Source of the DNA: Candidatus Poribacteria bacterium
GTDB taxonomy: Bacteria > Poribacteria > WGA-4E > PCPOR2b
Assembly: GCA_965116925.1 (NCBI GenBank)
Contig: OZ220744.1
Coordinates: forward strand, 2,816,001-2,880,000
Reading direction: 5' to 3'
Length of the DNA: 64,000 bases
Shown: piece by piece, positions 1 to 9,350 of the stretch
Layout of the letters: each line of letters starts with the position of its first letter
Numbering within the stretch: the first letter of the stretch is position 1
Program-made: the position numbers and the translations under genes
Notes under the pieces: generated by a model
Seen by the model: only the letters and a program-made list of their open reading frames with translations
What the model was told of the DNA's origin: nothing
Database searches by the model: none

Positions 1-458
1 GGCCGGAGATGTTGGCTTCCGCACTCCGGTCTGCGGTTGCAGATCTCAAAGCGCAGCTTGGTGATGATATGTCGAAGTGGAGGTGGGGGCAACTGCATCG
101 AACGCATCCGCAACATCCACTTTCGCCGGTGTTTCCTGAGTTTGCTGAACTACTGGATCCACCATCAGTTTCAACGCACGGTGATGGCGACACGCCGCTC
201 GCTGGGAGTTACGCCCTCCACAATGAATTTATCACCACAGGTATGTCCGTCAACCGTTACATCCACGACCCGTCAGACTGGACCAATTCACGGTGGATTG
301 TGCCGTTGGGGGCATCGGGTCACCCCGGTAGTCCGCACTACGCAGATCAGGCGGAGATGTGGTCGAATGTCGAGTATATTCCGCAACTTTGGGACTGGGA
401 CCAGATTGCGGCTGAAGCGGAATCGCAGCAACGTATTGAACCAGCAGAGTCAGGGTAG
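1..458 (+). CDS. Penicillin acylase (Ntn-hydrolase) family protein, C-terminal part, truncated by the window start
   Basis: WRWGQLH, HPL and PLGASGHPGSPHYADQ..MW motifs typical of the penicillin amidase beta-subunit C-terminus. Confidence 0.85.
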   Translation, partial: PEMLASALRSAVADLKAQLGDDMSKWRWGQLHRTHPQHPLSPVFPEFAELLDPPSVSTHGDGDTPLAGSYALHNEFITTGMSVNRYIHDPSDWTNSRWIVPLGASGHPGSPHYADQAEMWSNVEYIPQLWDWDQIAAEAESQQRIEPAESG

Positions 459-595
459 GTTCTGAATGACTGTGAAAAGATCGATTTTCCCTGTTCTTTC
501 CCCACTAACACTAAAAAGAAAGGAAGGATGGAACAGATGGGAGGAAGTAAACAGTTGTCGCGCCTGAACTTCCGCCCCCGTCTGTACAAACAGCT

Positions 596-1576
596 ATGAA
601 TAGCCGAAACAGCGCAGTGTCTAAATTCTTGGATGCCAAACAGAATCGGCGCAGGCAAGCTAAATATCGCCAAAAGCGGTTGAAAATGGGCTTGCCTGCT
701 GCTGTTCCATTGAAACACGTTTCGCTCAATCAAGAGGCGAAGAAGGCGATTGCTTCCACGGAAGCGATCGGTACGGCAAAGCAGAAAAAGCTTTTTGTCA
801 CCCGGCACTTTGGTTGGCCCGTGTCGCTCGGTGTTCATCTCCTTGCGGCGATTCTACTGACCCTCTATGCCGTTCAAGAGTATATTCCCGAAGCGGAGCC
901 TGTCTTTCTGGATTTCGTGGAGCTTCCTCCTAAAGCTCGGGATATACGAACGCTAACTCCTATAAAACCCATGAAACCTGCCGACAGAGTGATAATTCAG
1001 GCACCACGTACACCACGTTCAACGCCGACTGCTGTAGAAATCCCAAAGGAGGAGGCCCAATTGCACACACTGGGTGGAGATCTGACACCTGTGCAGGACG
1101 CGCCAGGCGTTGGTAGTATTAACATACCAAAAGGACCCGCCGTTCAGGTGCCGCAGAAGGGCGTGCAAATCATCGACAACGCGCCGAAGGTCAACATTCA
1201 TCGCGACACACAGTTTGCCCCGGAAGATACTGACCTGAGTGATGTTCCGGATCCAGGTCTCGGTGACCGTACCATTGATACAGCGGTAGAGGTCGAAGTC
1301 GATCAGAGACCGCGAACCCTCAGCACGCCCGATCCAAAGTACCCCCCAGCCGCGCGTCGCGCTGAGAGGGAAGGTCTCGTTGAACTTGAGTTTATTGTCG
1401 GCGTGGACGGAAGGGCATCGGACATTACAGTGATAAAGGAAGAACCGAAAGGGTTCAGCTTCGGTGAAGCGGCGATTGAAGCCGTGAAAAGATGGCGCTT
1501 TGTTCCAGCCAAGAAAGGTGGGGACAGCGTTCCCATGCGGGTAAAAATTCCGATTCGGTTTACCTTGGATGACTAG
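596..1576 (+). CDS. TonB family energy transducer
   Basis: TM helix with SLGVH, Pro-rich linker, TonB_C domain (PKYPPAARRAEREGLVELEFIVGVDG...AVKRWRFVPA). Confidence 0.9.
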   Translation: MNSRNSAVSKFLDAKQNRRRQAKYRQKRLKMGLPAAVPLKHVSLNQEAKKAIASTEAIGTAKQKKLFVTRHFGWPVSLGVHLLAAILLTLYAVQEYIPEAEPVFLDFVELPPKARDIRTLTPIKPMKPADRVIIQAPRTPRSTPTAVEIPKEEAQLHTLGGDLTPVQDAPGVGSINIPKGPAVQVPQKGVQIIDNAPKVNIHRDTQFAPEDTDLSDVPDPGLGDRTIDTAVEVEVDQRPRTLSTPDPKYPPAARRAEREGLVELEFIVGVDGRASDITVIKEEPKGFSFGEAAIEAVKRWRFVPAKKGGDSVPMRVKIPIRFTLDD

Positions 1577-1628
1577 TCCACACTCGCAAGATAGGGATTG
1601 TTGCTCATCTCGATGTTGGGTTTCCGTT

Positions 1629-2375
1629 TCAATAGGTTGCCCTACCGCCGCTTACATCGTAACACTGTCCCGTCACAAAGCTGGCATCGTCCGACGCTAG
1701 GAAATGTACTACCGCTGCGACCTCCTCCGGCTTTCCGACCCGTCCTAGCGGAATTTTACTGACCATATAATCGATAGTGGACTGCGACACCTGTTCCAGA
1801 ATTGGGGTTTGGATAACCGCCGGTGAAACACAGTTGACATTGATGCTATACTCGGTGACCTCTTTTGCCAAGGCTTTCGTCAGACAGATGACGCCCGCTT
1901 TCGACGCCGAGTACGGGATGAGCGTTGGATTGCCCTCCTTGCCTGCAATTGAAGCGACACTGACAATCTTGCCGTACTGCCGCTCGATCATGTGGTCAAT
2001 CACCGCTTTGCAGCAGAGAAATACGCCCTTCAGGTTCACATCTATGACCGCATCCCAATCCGATTCAGCCAGATCTGGCAGCGTTGCCGTTTTCCCAGCA
2101 ATACCGGCGTTGTTCACCAGAATATCGATCTGGTTAAAAGCCTCCAACGTTTGCTGTGCCATGCGTTGCGTCTGATCTAACTTTGAGACATCTACCTCAA
2201 CCACGAGGGACTTGCGTCCCAACGCCTCAATCTCTTTTGCTACTGTCTCACCGACTTTACGGTTCAGTTCAGCGACGACGACTGTTGCGCCAGCACCTGC
2301 TAGTCGCAGCGCAATCGCACGTCCGATTCCTTGTCCCGCGCCTGTCACAATTGCAACCTTATCCGTTAAATCCAT
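1629..2375 (-). CDS. SDR family oxidoreductase (FabG-like)
   Basis: TGAGQGIG, NNAG, YSASK motifs; 248 aa. Confidence 0.93.
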   Translation of the reverse strand: MDLTDKVAIVTGAGQGIGRAIALRLAGAGATVVVAELNRKVGETVAKEIEALGRKSLVVEVDVSKLDQTQRMAQQTLEAFNQIDILVNNAGIAGKTATLPDLAESDWDAVIDVNLKGVFLCCKAVIDHMIERQYGKIVSVASIAGKEGNPTLIPYSASKAGVICLTKALAKEVTEYSINVNCVSPAVIQTPILEQVSQSTIDYMVSKIPLGRVGKPEEVAAVVHFLASDDASFVTGQCYDVSGGRATY

Positions 2376-2419
2376 ATAAATCCCCTCCTTGTTATTTGGT
2401 TCATTGGTTCATTAGTTGC

Positions 2420-2500
2420 TTGTGATATACATTGTGCTCCGCTGGAGCACAGGTATTAGAGGCATCACCGTGCTATAGATATATCGCTCCGCTGGAGCGA
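2420..2500. repeat. GCTCCnnnGGAGC palindromic repeat doublet (same family as 31908-32210, opposite orientation)
   Basis: GCTCCGCTGGAGC at 2436 and 2486; the reverse complement aligns with the 94-bp unit at 31908. Confidence 0.8.
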
Positions 2501-2522
2501 AAAAATTGTACAGATTGCAATC

Positions 2523-2572
2523 GTAGAGGCGAGGTCCCCTCGCCCAATGGGTTGGGAGACCCAACCCCTACG
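2523..2572. repeat. GTAG-footed REP doublet
   Basis: GTAG-aggcgagg..cctcgccc and gggttggg..cccaaccc-CTAC; similar units at about 7840, 14721, 15465 and 36540. Confidence 0.75.
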
Positions 2573-2700
2573 GATTGAACAGTTGGCTTGGGGTTGGGGT
2601 TCACAGTTCCTATTCAACCCAATCTACATGTTGTCAAAGGTCAACATGCCCTAGCAACTCGCGTTACACTAATGAACCAATTGTTTTTACGTTTCACGCA

Positions 2701-3462
2701 TCACGTTTCACTGTCTTGAGCATATTGCACCCAACCTGCGAAATAGCGCGGTGCCCACCTGCGTGATAGATAAAAGGTCTTCGTAGAATAGCGACCGTGC
2801 GGCGGGAGCACTTCGGCGTCAATCCACGCCTCCGCTCCAGTCAGTGTCGGGAATTCGATTAGCCATGCCCGATGCCACGCATCTTGCGCCCCCATCAGCT
2901 TAAACGCTTCTAAGCGCATCAGCCCGTGTTCACGGGCGACTGACTGCATCAGTTCAATATGCTCGGTATCACCCCGCTCCTCCAGTGTTGCTTCGCTCGC
3001 CTCTGGTCTCCAGCGTCCGAAAAGCAGGGCAACCACGCTGCCCCTATCCACATCAAGTGCCGGAACATTATGCGGATCTGTCCCGTCCGGCACGACCGGT
3101 TCAGGGGAGCGGGTAACCCACTGTGAAAAACGCTCGCGTCCCCAGTGTCGCGCGGTGTAGTATTCATAGTAGCCGTAGCGACCATAAGGCGGTGCCATTT
3201 CGGCATCGATCCACGCCTCTGCACCCGCTAGCGTGGGAAACTCGATAACCCAGAAACGTTCCCACGAACCCTGCGGTGTCATCAGCTTAAAGCCTTCCAG
3301 CCGCATCAGTCCGTGTTCGCGGGCGACCGATAGCATCAGATCAACATGCTCCTGCTGATACGCATCTCGCTGCGCCGGTGTCAGATCGTGCCACGTGGGC
3401 AGCCGACCGCCCTTGTAGAGTATAATCACACTATCTGTGCTGACTTCTGGTGTCGTTGTCAT
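2701..3462 (-). CDS. Hypothetical protein with a tandemly duplicated domain (dimeric alpha/beta-barrel-like)
   Basis: AGGAGG RBS before ATG 3462; two copies of EHxxLMxSVAREHGLMRLExFKLM...WxIEFPTLxGAEAWIDAE. Confidence 0.75.
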   Translation of the reverse strand: MTTTPEVSTDSVIILYKGGRLPTWHDLTPAQRDAYQQEHVDLMLSVAREHGLMRLEGFKLMTPQGSWERFWVIEFPTLAGAEAWIDAEMAPPYGRYGYYEYYTARHWGRERFSQWVTRSPEPVVPDGTDPHNVPALDVDRGSVVALLFGRWRPEASEATLEERGDTEHIELMQSVAREHGLMRLEAFKLMGAQDAWHRAWLIEFPTLTGAEAWIDAEVLPPHGRYSTKTFYLSRRWAPRYFAGWVQYAQDSET

Positions 3463-3496
3463 GGAGGTATCCTCCTTTTCAATACGGACAAGAAAT

Positions 3497-4921
3497 TCAC
3501 CGGGCGGTGAGCCATTCAACGAGGAGATCAACTTGTCGCAACCCTTTATCGTCCAACGCTTGTGGTTCGATCGCTTCGTGGGTGATACCTGCTACCGTGA
3601 TAATCCCTGTCATCGTGGGATGCGGTGCTGCGACGCGGAGAACGTTGCGCTGTGAGGCAATCTCGGTTTTTTGCAGCAGCCCAAGGACGGGGAGCATTTT
3701 TGCCATTGGGATCCGGACGATCCGAATATTGGTGTTTTTTCCAAAGACCCGCCACGCTGCTTCTCGCGTTACGGGTCCCTTATCAAGCCCTTGTCGCGTA
3801 CCCACTAAGGCGAAATCTACACCTATTCTCTCTTTAATCAGTTGTGACAATCCACTCTCAATTTGTGTCGCTTCAAGAGGTTCGCTGAGATTGGCAATTG
3901 GCTTGTTGGTTTCATCGGCGGTGGGTGGTCGGAGATTGAGGTAACGCATCGGTCCATCTTTGGGCTTAACCCAAGCAAAGCGTCCCCGTTGGAGACGACG
4001 CTCTGTCTGCGTGAGGTCTATGTACTGTCCGACAACGCCCACCGATTCGATGACGTGGATTTCGACATAGCCGTTGGCTGCCATAGGTCCAGGATAATTC
4101 ACCGACCCGGTGTTGACACAAACGGCAGCTCCGTCCTCAAAGCTCTCTGGCACCCATGCCTCAAATCTGTGGGTTGTGGCGGAGAGTACTAGATCCGCTT
4201 TATCGAGTAGGAGGTGGCGTCGTTCTGGGGAAAGTATCATGTCCCATGCCCCTGTCCGCGAATGTGCGGCTACGATAATCAGATCTTTATCCCCTTTTTC
4301 GATACCTTTGAGGGTTTCTATCATCCACGCCCGGCTGCTTTCCGGGAACGCTACCGCTGCGTCCATCGGCTGGTCGGAGAAGTGCATCTGAATTAGGTGA
4401 ACGGTGTAATCGCTGACAGAAATTTGGGCGTAGTATTCCGATTTGTTTGGACGGATAACGCTTGCGTGGGCATCTAACGCTACCAGATCGAGGATCGGTG
4501 CGCCTTCGCCGTAGTCCGACTGTCTGTGGGTCGGGCTGTAGTATTCGTTCTCGCCGTCCGCAACGTTAGGGTAGAAATGCTCACGCCACCACGGATCGGA
4601 TTGTAGCCAAGGGATAAAGGTGTTTTCCCAGCGATGTTTGACGTGATCGCCTAAGCCGATCATAAAGGCGGGATTTCCCGCTTTAATCCAAGCGGTCATT
4701 CGGGCAAATTCCACGCTACTGAGGGGTGAGTCCCCCTTGTTATCGCTCATGATGGCGAAGTGCAGACCTGCCAGCCGGTCTAAATCTGCGATGGATTCGA
4801 CACCCGGCAGTCCTTCTTCAGTGATGCCCTGCGGATGAGTGAGTTCGGCGTGTATTCTCTGTAAAGTCACCCCTGAGATCAGCAGGATCAGTGCAAGCAG
4901 CTGTCGTAGTTTTTGCGTCAT
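3497..4921 (-). CDS. Exported metallophosphoesterase-like protein with a C-terminal 5'-nucleotidase-like segment
   Basis: Signal peptide from MTQKLRQLL; degenerate calcineurin-like motifs SDNK, LGDH, GENE, AAH, ATTH. Confidence 0.6.
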   Translation of the reverse strand: MTQKLRQLLALILLISGVTLQRIHAELTHPQGITEEGLPGVESIADLDRLAGLHFAIMSDNKGDSPLSSVEFARMTAWIKAGNPAFMIGLGDHVKHRWENTFIPWLQSDPWWREHFYPNVADGENEYYSPTHRQSDYGEGAPILDLVALDAHASVIRPNKSEYYAQISVSDYTVHLIQMHFSDQPMDAAVAFPESSRAWMIETLKGIEKGDKDLIIVAAHSRTGAWDMILSPERRHLLLDKADLVLSATTHRFEAWVPESFEDGAAVCVNTGSVNYPGPMAANGYVEIHVIESVGVVGQYIDLTQTERRLQRGRFAWVKPKDGPMRYLNLRPPTADETNKPIANLSEPLEATQIESGLSQLIKERIGVDFALVGTRQGLDKGPVTREAAWRVFGKNTNIRIVRIPMAKMLPVLGLLQKTEIASQRNVLRVAAPHPTMTGIITVAGITHEAIEPQALDDKGLRQVDLLVEWLTAR

Positions 4922-5167
4922 TGGTGCATTATCCTCATTATTCCAGTTTTTGCCGTCCTTCAACCGCAGAGGCACAGAGGACGCAGAGCAGAAATCATTA
5001 ACAGATTCTATACACATTGCGTTCCGCCCCGATAAATCCCCGATAAATCAGGACAGGTGGGATTCAAAACTAAAGCGACAGATTATGTTGGTTCAAGTAC
5101 ATTAGCGTATTTTTTCACGTTTCACGCATCACGTTTCACGTTCTTGGGACGTGTTGCGATAAACCAA

Positions 5168-6427
5168 TTACGCTTCCCAGATGGGCCAATCGGTCTCTTG
5201 GAGGCGTTTCCAGAGGCTATCGAACCGCTCGCTGCCGTCGTCCTCCCATTCGTCTAACCTGACACCGGGCGCGAAGGATTCGTCTACCCCCTGCTTCATC
5301 AGTCGTTCTGCTTGCTGTAGGCTCTGGTAGTAGTGTTTCAAGCCACCGGGGAGCGTAACGACGGAGATATGTCGAAGCCATTCCGGTGCTGATGTTTGAG
5401 AATAACGGCTGACAGCATCTTCATTCAATTCTACGCCCAGCCCCGGTCCCTCCGGGACTTTCATGAACCCCCGCTGAACCGTGTGTCCATCCATAATCAG
5501 GTCATTTTCGTAGGTGTGGTTTGCCGTAACGCCCGGCAGGGTCGCTGTCGGCATCACCGCTCCCAGATGACAGGCGAATGCTGCGGTGATGCCAGTGCCG
5601 ACGTACTGTAACAGAATGGGCGTGTTCGCTGCGGCAAACGCCCAACCGGATGCCAACGCGCTTTTGATCGATTCATGACTGCACAGGGCACCATCGAAAT
5701 CGCCGGCGCGAAGTCCAATCCACGGTCCTGATGGCTGACGCGACGCGCCCTCTCGGATGACACCGACACCGTGTAGGTAGAACGGGATGCGAATTTCTTG
5801 ATGTAACCGCCGCCACCCCTCAACGTCATACGCGAAGATTGGTTCCTCCACACCTTTGACTATCGGAATCTTCTCCAATTCTCGCAAGATGGGCAGTGCT
5901 TTCTCTACGTTGGTCAATGCGCCGTTAAAGTCGAATTCTACGCGAAAGTCCGGCGGTGCGCCCTCCTGCATCGCCTGTGATTGTTCGACAATATCATAGA
6001 ACGCCCTCGCTTTGCATTTGAGTCCGCGATACCCGCGTTCGGCGGCGACCTGAACTTCGGCGGCACTGTCTTCGGGCGACATGGAGGGCATCCACCAACC
6101 CATCGACACCCATTGACGTACCTGCTGTCCCATCAACTTCCATGCGGGCAGATCTAAGTGTTTACCCATCAGGTCGTAGCACGCCATATCGAGGTTGAAT
6201 CGCCCCTCTCCCATGAGGTGATCGAACGGGTTCGTGCCGATGTATGCGTCGAGGAGCTCCGGCTCGAAGGGTGGACCGGGATTCTCTCCAAGCCCAACTA
6301 AACCGGTATCTGTATGAAATTTATAGACCGTCGTCTGCTCGTCCAGCCCAAAATGATAGAATTGCTTGCGAATGCGTTCTTCGTAGGGAACCCGCAGGGC
6401 GATTGATTCAATCTCGGTGATTTTCAT
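5168..6427 (-). CDS. Mandelate racemase/muconate lactonizing (enolase superfamily) enzyme
   Basis: MKITEIE start, DMACYDLMGK, KCK, DFN, EEP, PEGPGLGVEL. Confidence 0.9.
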   Translation of the reverse strand: MKITEIESIALRVPYEERIRKQFYHFGLDEQTTVYKFHTDTGLVGLGENPGPPFEPELLDAYIGTNPFDHLMGEGRFNLDMACYDLMGKHLDLPAWKLMGQQVRQWVSMGWWMPSMSPEDSAAEVQVAAERGYRGLKCKARAFYDIVEQSQAMQEGAPPDFRVEFDFNGALTNVEKALPILRELEKIPIVKGVEEPIFAYDVEGWRRLHQEIRIPFYLHGVGVIREGASRQPSGPWIGLRAGDFDGALCSHESIKSALASGWAFAAANTPILLQYVGTGITAAFACHLGAVMPTATLPGVTANHTYENDLIMDGHTVQRGFMKVPEGPGLGVELNEDAVSRYSQTSAPEWLRHISVVTLPGGLKHYYQSLQQAERLMKQGVDESFAPGVRLDEWEDDGSERFDSLWKRLQETDWPIWEA

Positions 6428-6641
6428 GGGAGATGTCCTTTCATCGTAAATTATGAACCCGCTCATAATAGCACAGATTCGGCTCTCGGACAATAGAAAT
6501 GTGGGAAAATAGGTAATGTGCAAAGGGCAATTGAAAACGAGAGGACGAGAAAACGGGAGGACGGGATTCTGGTTTTCTCGTTTTCCGGTTTTCCCGTTTT
6601 CGTGCTAAAGTTCTAGAGGAACGCAAATTGTTCTTTTCAAT

Positions 6642-7373
6642 CTATTGAAATCGATCTATCAAGAGCTGCGTAATGGGGTTGGGACGACTGTAGTAGTGCT
6701 GGGTGGCTTCGTCTTTGCCCTCCCATAAACGGCGTGGAAAAATTGTGTGATTACTGAGGTATCGGTCTGTTGTCCTGCCACAGTAGATGTGGATGGTGCG
6801 CCGCTCGGAGGTGGTCCGTCGGACATTGCCTGCATGGAAAGTTGATGCGTTGAAAAGGATCCCTGTGCCAGCGCGACCGACGAGATGCTGCGCCGTACTC
6901 AGATCGTACTCGGTGGACTGTGCCGTGCCGGGCAGGACACTGAAGGTGTGCGTTGTATCATCTACGTCTGTCAGGTAATAGACGACGGATAGATAGCGCG
7001 TGTAGTACGGTGGGTTGTCTGCCCCACTAGCATCACGGCTCGCATCGCGGTGCCAGCGGCATTCGGTGTCACCGTCGGGGTTCGGCGCACGGAGCATCAC
7101 CGAGTGTTCCTCCGCGCAGAGGTCTTTTCCCATGATCTCATTCATTAACGGCAGCAGCGTCGGTGGGCGCATGGTCACGTCCATCTCCGGGCAGGCAAGT
7201 AGGGCGTGGACATTCTGTGTCCGCCCCGACTGTCCACGGCTTATCCACATCACGGGATTCTCGATGAGATCCCGATCGATCGCCTCGTTGATGGAGCGAA
7301 CCTCCTCGGAGGATAGGGCATCCGGTACGACGAGGTAGCCGTTCTCCTTGAAAAAATCTAACTGTTCTTTCAT
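6642..7373 (-). CDS. Phytanoyl-CoA dioxygenase (PhyH) family protein
   Basis: FFKENGYLVV, WHRD, LTD, PGT, FHAG..R facial-triad pattern. Confidence 0.9.
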   Translation of the reverse strand: MKEQLDFFKENGYLVVPDALSSEEVRSINEAIDRDLIENPVMWISRGQSGRTQNVHALLACPEMDVTMRPPTLLPLMNEIMGKDLCAEEHSVMLRAPNPDGDTECRWHRDASRDASGADNPPYYTRYLSVVYYLTDVDDTTHTFSVLPGTAQSTEYDLSTAQHLVGRAGTGILFNASTFHAGNVRRTTSERRTIHIYCGRTTDRYLSNHTIFPRRLWEGKDEATQHYYSRPNPITQLLIDRFQ

Positions 7374-7531
7374 CAGGTTTTTCCTCGCAGTGGGTTGGGG
7401 TGTGCTGGTGGATTGCGTTGAGAATTATAGTAGTGAACGGGTGGATAGTCAAGCACAAAGGTGGAAATTTAGATTCTCCCTTTTTGGATAGATGTGCTAT
7501 AATTGAAATATAGCTTTATACTATCAGTGAT

Positions 7532-7759
7532 GTAGGTTGGGTTGAACGGCTAAAAGCGAATGCCTATCAAGAGCAATTGAACTTCTGCTTTTCAATAACA
7601 CTGTTTATAGATAGATCGTTAAGTGAAACCCAACGCTCAATCCAAGCGGCGATCAAGAGTTGGGTTTCACTAAAATTAGGAGGGGTTAGGCAGAATTGAA
7701 TCTCGAAATCCGAATGGAATGCTTGGGATTTGTCGCAGGTTCCGTTCAACCCAACCTAC
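7532..7759. repeat. Inverted pair of a GTAGGTTGGGTTGAAC...GTGAAACCCAAC element (REPIN-like)
   Basis: Starts GTAGGTTGGGTTGAACGG and ends CCGTTCAACCCAACCTAC; single copies at 17529 and 44813. Confidence 0.8.
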
Positions 7760-7782
7760 GGGCTTTAAATTCTAGGGCTGTG

Positions 7783-7901
7783 CTAGTACACTGTCAGGCA
7801 AATTATGATTGTCTATATGGATTGAGACTCATAATACTTCGTAGGGGTCGGGTCACCCGAACCCCTTGTTGATATGCAAAACTTATATGACTGAGTACTA
7901 G
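7783..7901. mobile_element. MITE-like element with CTAG at both ends, carrying a REP hairpin
   Basis: CTAGTACACTGTCA...TGACTGAGTACTAG imperfect inverted termini; internal GTAGGGGTCGGGTCACCCGACCCCT. Confidence 0.6.
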
Positions 7902-7974
7902 TTCGTTGGTTATAACATACAGAGGTTACGGCATACGGAGTATGCCTACTACTATTAACTTAGGCTAGGATAAA

Positions 7975-8301
7975 ATGGCTAAATATTTCGCATCTGCAAT
8001 AGACAAACCGACGGTTGAACCCTACGAAATTTCGCAGACACTGCGCGGGCAGCTTCACTACTTTACCGAGGGGGCGAGTGCTCGTCAATGGGAACATAGC
8101 GGCGATCCCAATGCGTTTTTCTTCCCACTCGAACTTACCTCTGAACTGTACGACGAAGGGGTATTCTATGTGACCTCTCCGTTAGATGATCAGAACCAAG
8201 CCGAAATTGAGATTACAGAAGAACAGGAAGACTTTTTGGACTGGCTCATCTCGAATCAGATTGAGAAGGTCAAGGTTTCGGAAGTGAAACGTGATTCGTG
8301 A
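7975..8301 (+). CDS. Hypothetical acidic protein (108 aa)
   Basis: AGGA RBS, ATG start, globular-looking composition. Confidence 0.7.
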   Translation: MAKYFASAIDKPTVEPYEISQTLRGQLHYFTEGASARQWEHSGDPNAFFFPLELTSELYDEGVFYVTSPLDDQNQAEIEITEEQEDFLDWLISNQIEKVKVSEVKRDS

Positions 8302-8399
8302 AACGTGAGAAGAACAACACGTAATGCATAAATTGGTTGATTGGTTCATTAATGAACTAATGAATAAGTGAACAAATGAACCAAGGACAGGAGTTTTAG

Positions 8400-9230
8400 A
8401 TGGCTGTTACGACAAACAGAGTTGATCAGATGCAAGTGATCTCCACCGGCGGTGCGCTTGGGGCGGAAATTCAGGGAATAGACCTAGCGCACCCGCTGCC
8501 CGAAGACACAATTCAGCGTCTGCATCAGGCGTTGCTAGCACACTGTGTCCTCCTCTTTCGTGGGCAGGGGATTAGCGACGAGGATCAGGTCCGTTTTACC
8601 AACTACTTCGGTCAGGCGGTCGAACATGTCCGCAAGCAGATGCCGCGTCCTGTCAAAGAGATCTTTTTCGTTTCCAATGTGGAGAAGGACGGTCAACCGA
8701 TTGGGGCACTCGGCAACGACGAGATCCCGTTCCACTCCGATCTGTCGTACCTACGGCGTCCGGGAACACTTTCGATTATCTACGCTGTCGAACTTCCTTC
8801 GACCGGCGGTGCCACGCGGTGGTGCAATTGCTACGCCGCCTATGAGGGACTCGATCCTGACCTCAAGGCGCGGCTCAAGGGAGTGCGCGCTGTCCATCGC
8901 CATCATGTCGAGAGCCAGAATCCGCCGGAGCTGATTGACCATCCCGTTGTCTGCACTCACCCCGACACCGGGCGTAAAGCGTTATACGTTGGTCCCCACC
9001 TGACGCGGCACATTGTGGGCTTTAGCGAATCGGAAAGCCGTGAATTGCTTGATACACTCTTCGATCATCTGTCGCAGGATCGTTTTGTCTGGACGCACGA
9101 TTGGGAGGTCGGCGATCTGATTATCTGGGATAACCGATGTACCATGCACCGCCGAGAGGGGTTCCCATCAACTGAGCGGCGGATCATGAAGCGGACGCAG
9201 ATTTTCAACGATGCGATTCCGTATGAGTGA
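8400..9230 (+). CDS. TauD/TfdA family 2-oxoglutarate dioxygenase
   Basis: LGAEIQGIDL, FHSD, GGAT, HPVV..HPDTGRKALY, WDNRCTMHRR. Confidence 0.93.
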   Translation: MAVTTNRVDQMQVISTGGALGAEIQGIDLAHPLPEDTIQRLHQALLAHCVLLFRGQGISDEDQVRFTNYFGQAVEHVRKQMPRPVKEIFFVSNVEKDGQPIGALGNDEIPFHSDLSYLRRPGTLSIIYAVELPSTGGATRWCNCYAAYEGLDPDLKARLKGVRAVHRHHVESQNPPELIDHPVVCTHPDTGRKALYVGPHLTRHIVGFSESESRELLDTLFDHLSQDRFVWTHDWEVGDLIIWDNRCTMHRREGFPSTERRIMKRTQIFNDAIPYE

Positions 9231-9350
9231 AACGTGAAGACGTGAAGACGTGAAGACGGGCAGACGAGAAACGTGATGTGTAAGAAGAAAGCGCTTGGAC
9301 ATCTTGCGTATTAAGCAAATGAAGGCGCGAACAAAAGCAAGGAGGGAACA

